The position numbers were made by a program, and so were the translations under genes. From assembly GCF_006345805.1 (NCBI RefSeq), contig NW_021829232.1, positions 1 through 6,751 on the forward strand: 6,751 nucleotides of DNA, in the 5' to 3' direction. This document shows, piece after piece, positions 6,530 to 6,751 of the stretch (within the stretch, counting starts at the first letter, position 1; each line of letters begins with the position of its first letter). The notes below the pieces were generated by a model. That model did not search any database, was not told the origin of the DNA, and worked only from the letters and a program-made list of their open reading frames with translations. This stretch comes from Octopus sinensis. Lineage: Eukaryota.

Positions 6530-6751
6530 ATGTCACTTTTGGTCGGCGAATGAGAGAGAGCACTCCACAGCGTGAAACCCGAGTCATGCGAAAGGAATTT
6601 AGTTTAAAACCTATCATCATCCGTCGTCTTGCAAGACATGTTTGTTTAACATTTGTTTTGAGAAATAGCAGCCAAATTTCCCTCAAACCACACCCTATTT
6701 TGTCAAGGAATCAGAGGCAGAATGACAGAATTTGAAATAATATGGTTAGTG

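Noticed and set aside
6650-6700. Segment AGCAGCCAAATTTCCCTCAAACCACACCCTA resembling a recalled octopus repeat
   Set aside because: Based on memory only; no second copy or structural hallmark in this window.
5940-6735. ORFs with LSIY/HT repeats and a 61-aa ORF at 6550
   Set aside because: They are derived from STRs or lack splice signals and recognisable motifs.

Overview
Eukaryotic, repeat-saturated genomic DNA, most likely intronic sequence of a + strand gene from an octopus or related cephalopod (inferred from recalled SINE family resemblance and extreme microsatellite density; not database-confirmed). One convincing internal coding exon lies at 5491-5708 (+; 72 full codons, protein not recognised). 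The rest is mobile-element and tandem-repeat sequence: a dimeric tRNA-derived SINE with a perfect 18-bp target-site duplication (547-962), two other SINE families, two Tigger/MER2-like MITE copies in inverted orientation (216-436, 4843-5047), a small TIR-like element interrupted by a SINE, a decayed restriction-like-endonuclease LINE fragment with a CCHC-knuckle relic (~4530-4800, -), a ~1-kb 30-32-bp minisatellite with higher-order structure, and several microsatellites. Nearly all ORFs in the supplied track are artefacts of low-complexity or SINE sequence. I see no strong evidence for a new biological system. The best leads are the SINE dimer mechanism, three nested inverted-repeat pairs in a probable pre-mRNA, and the unidentified exon.
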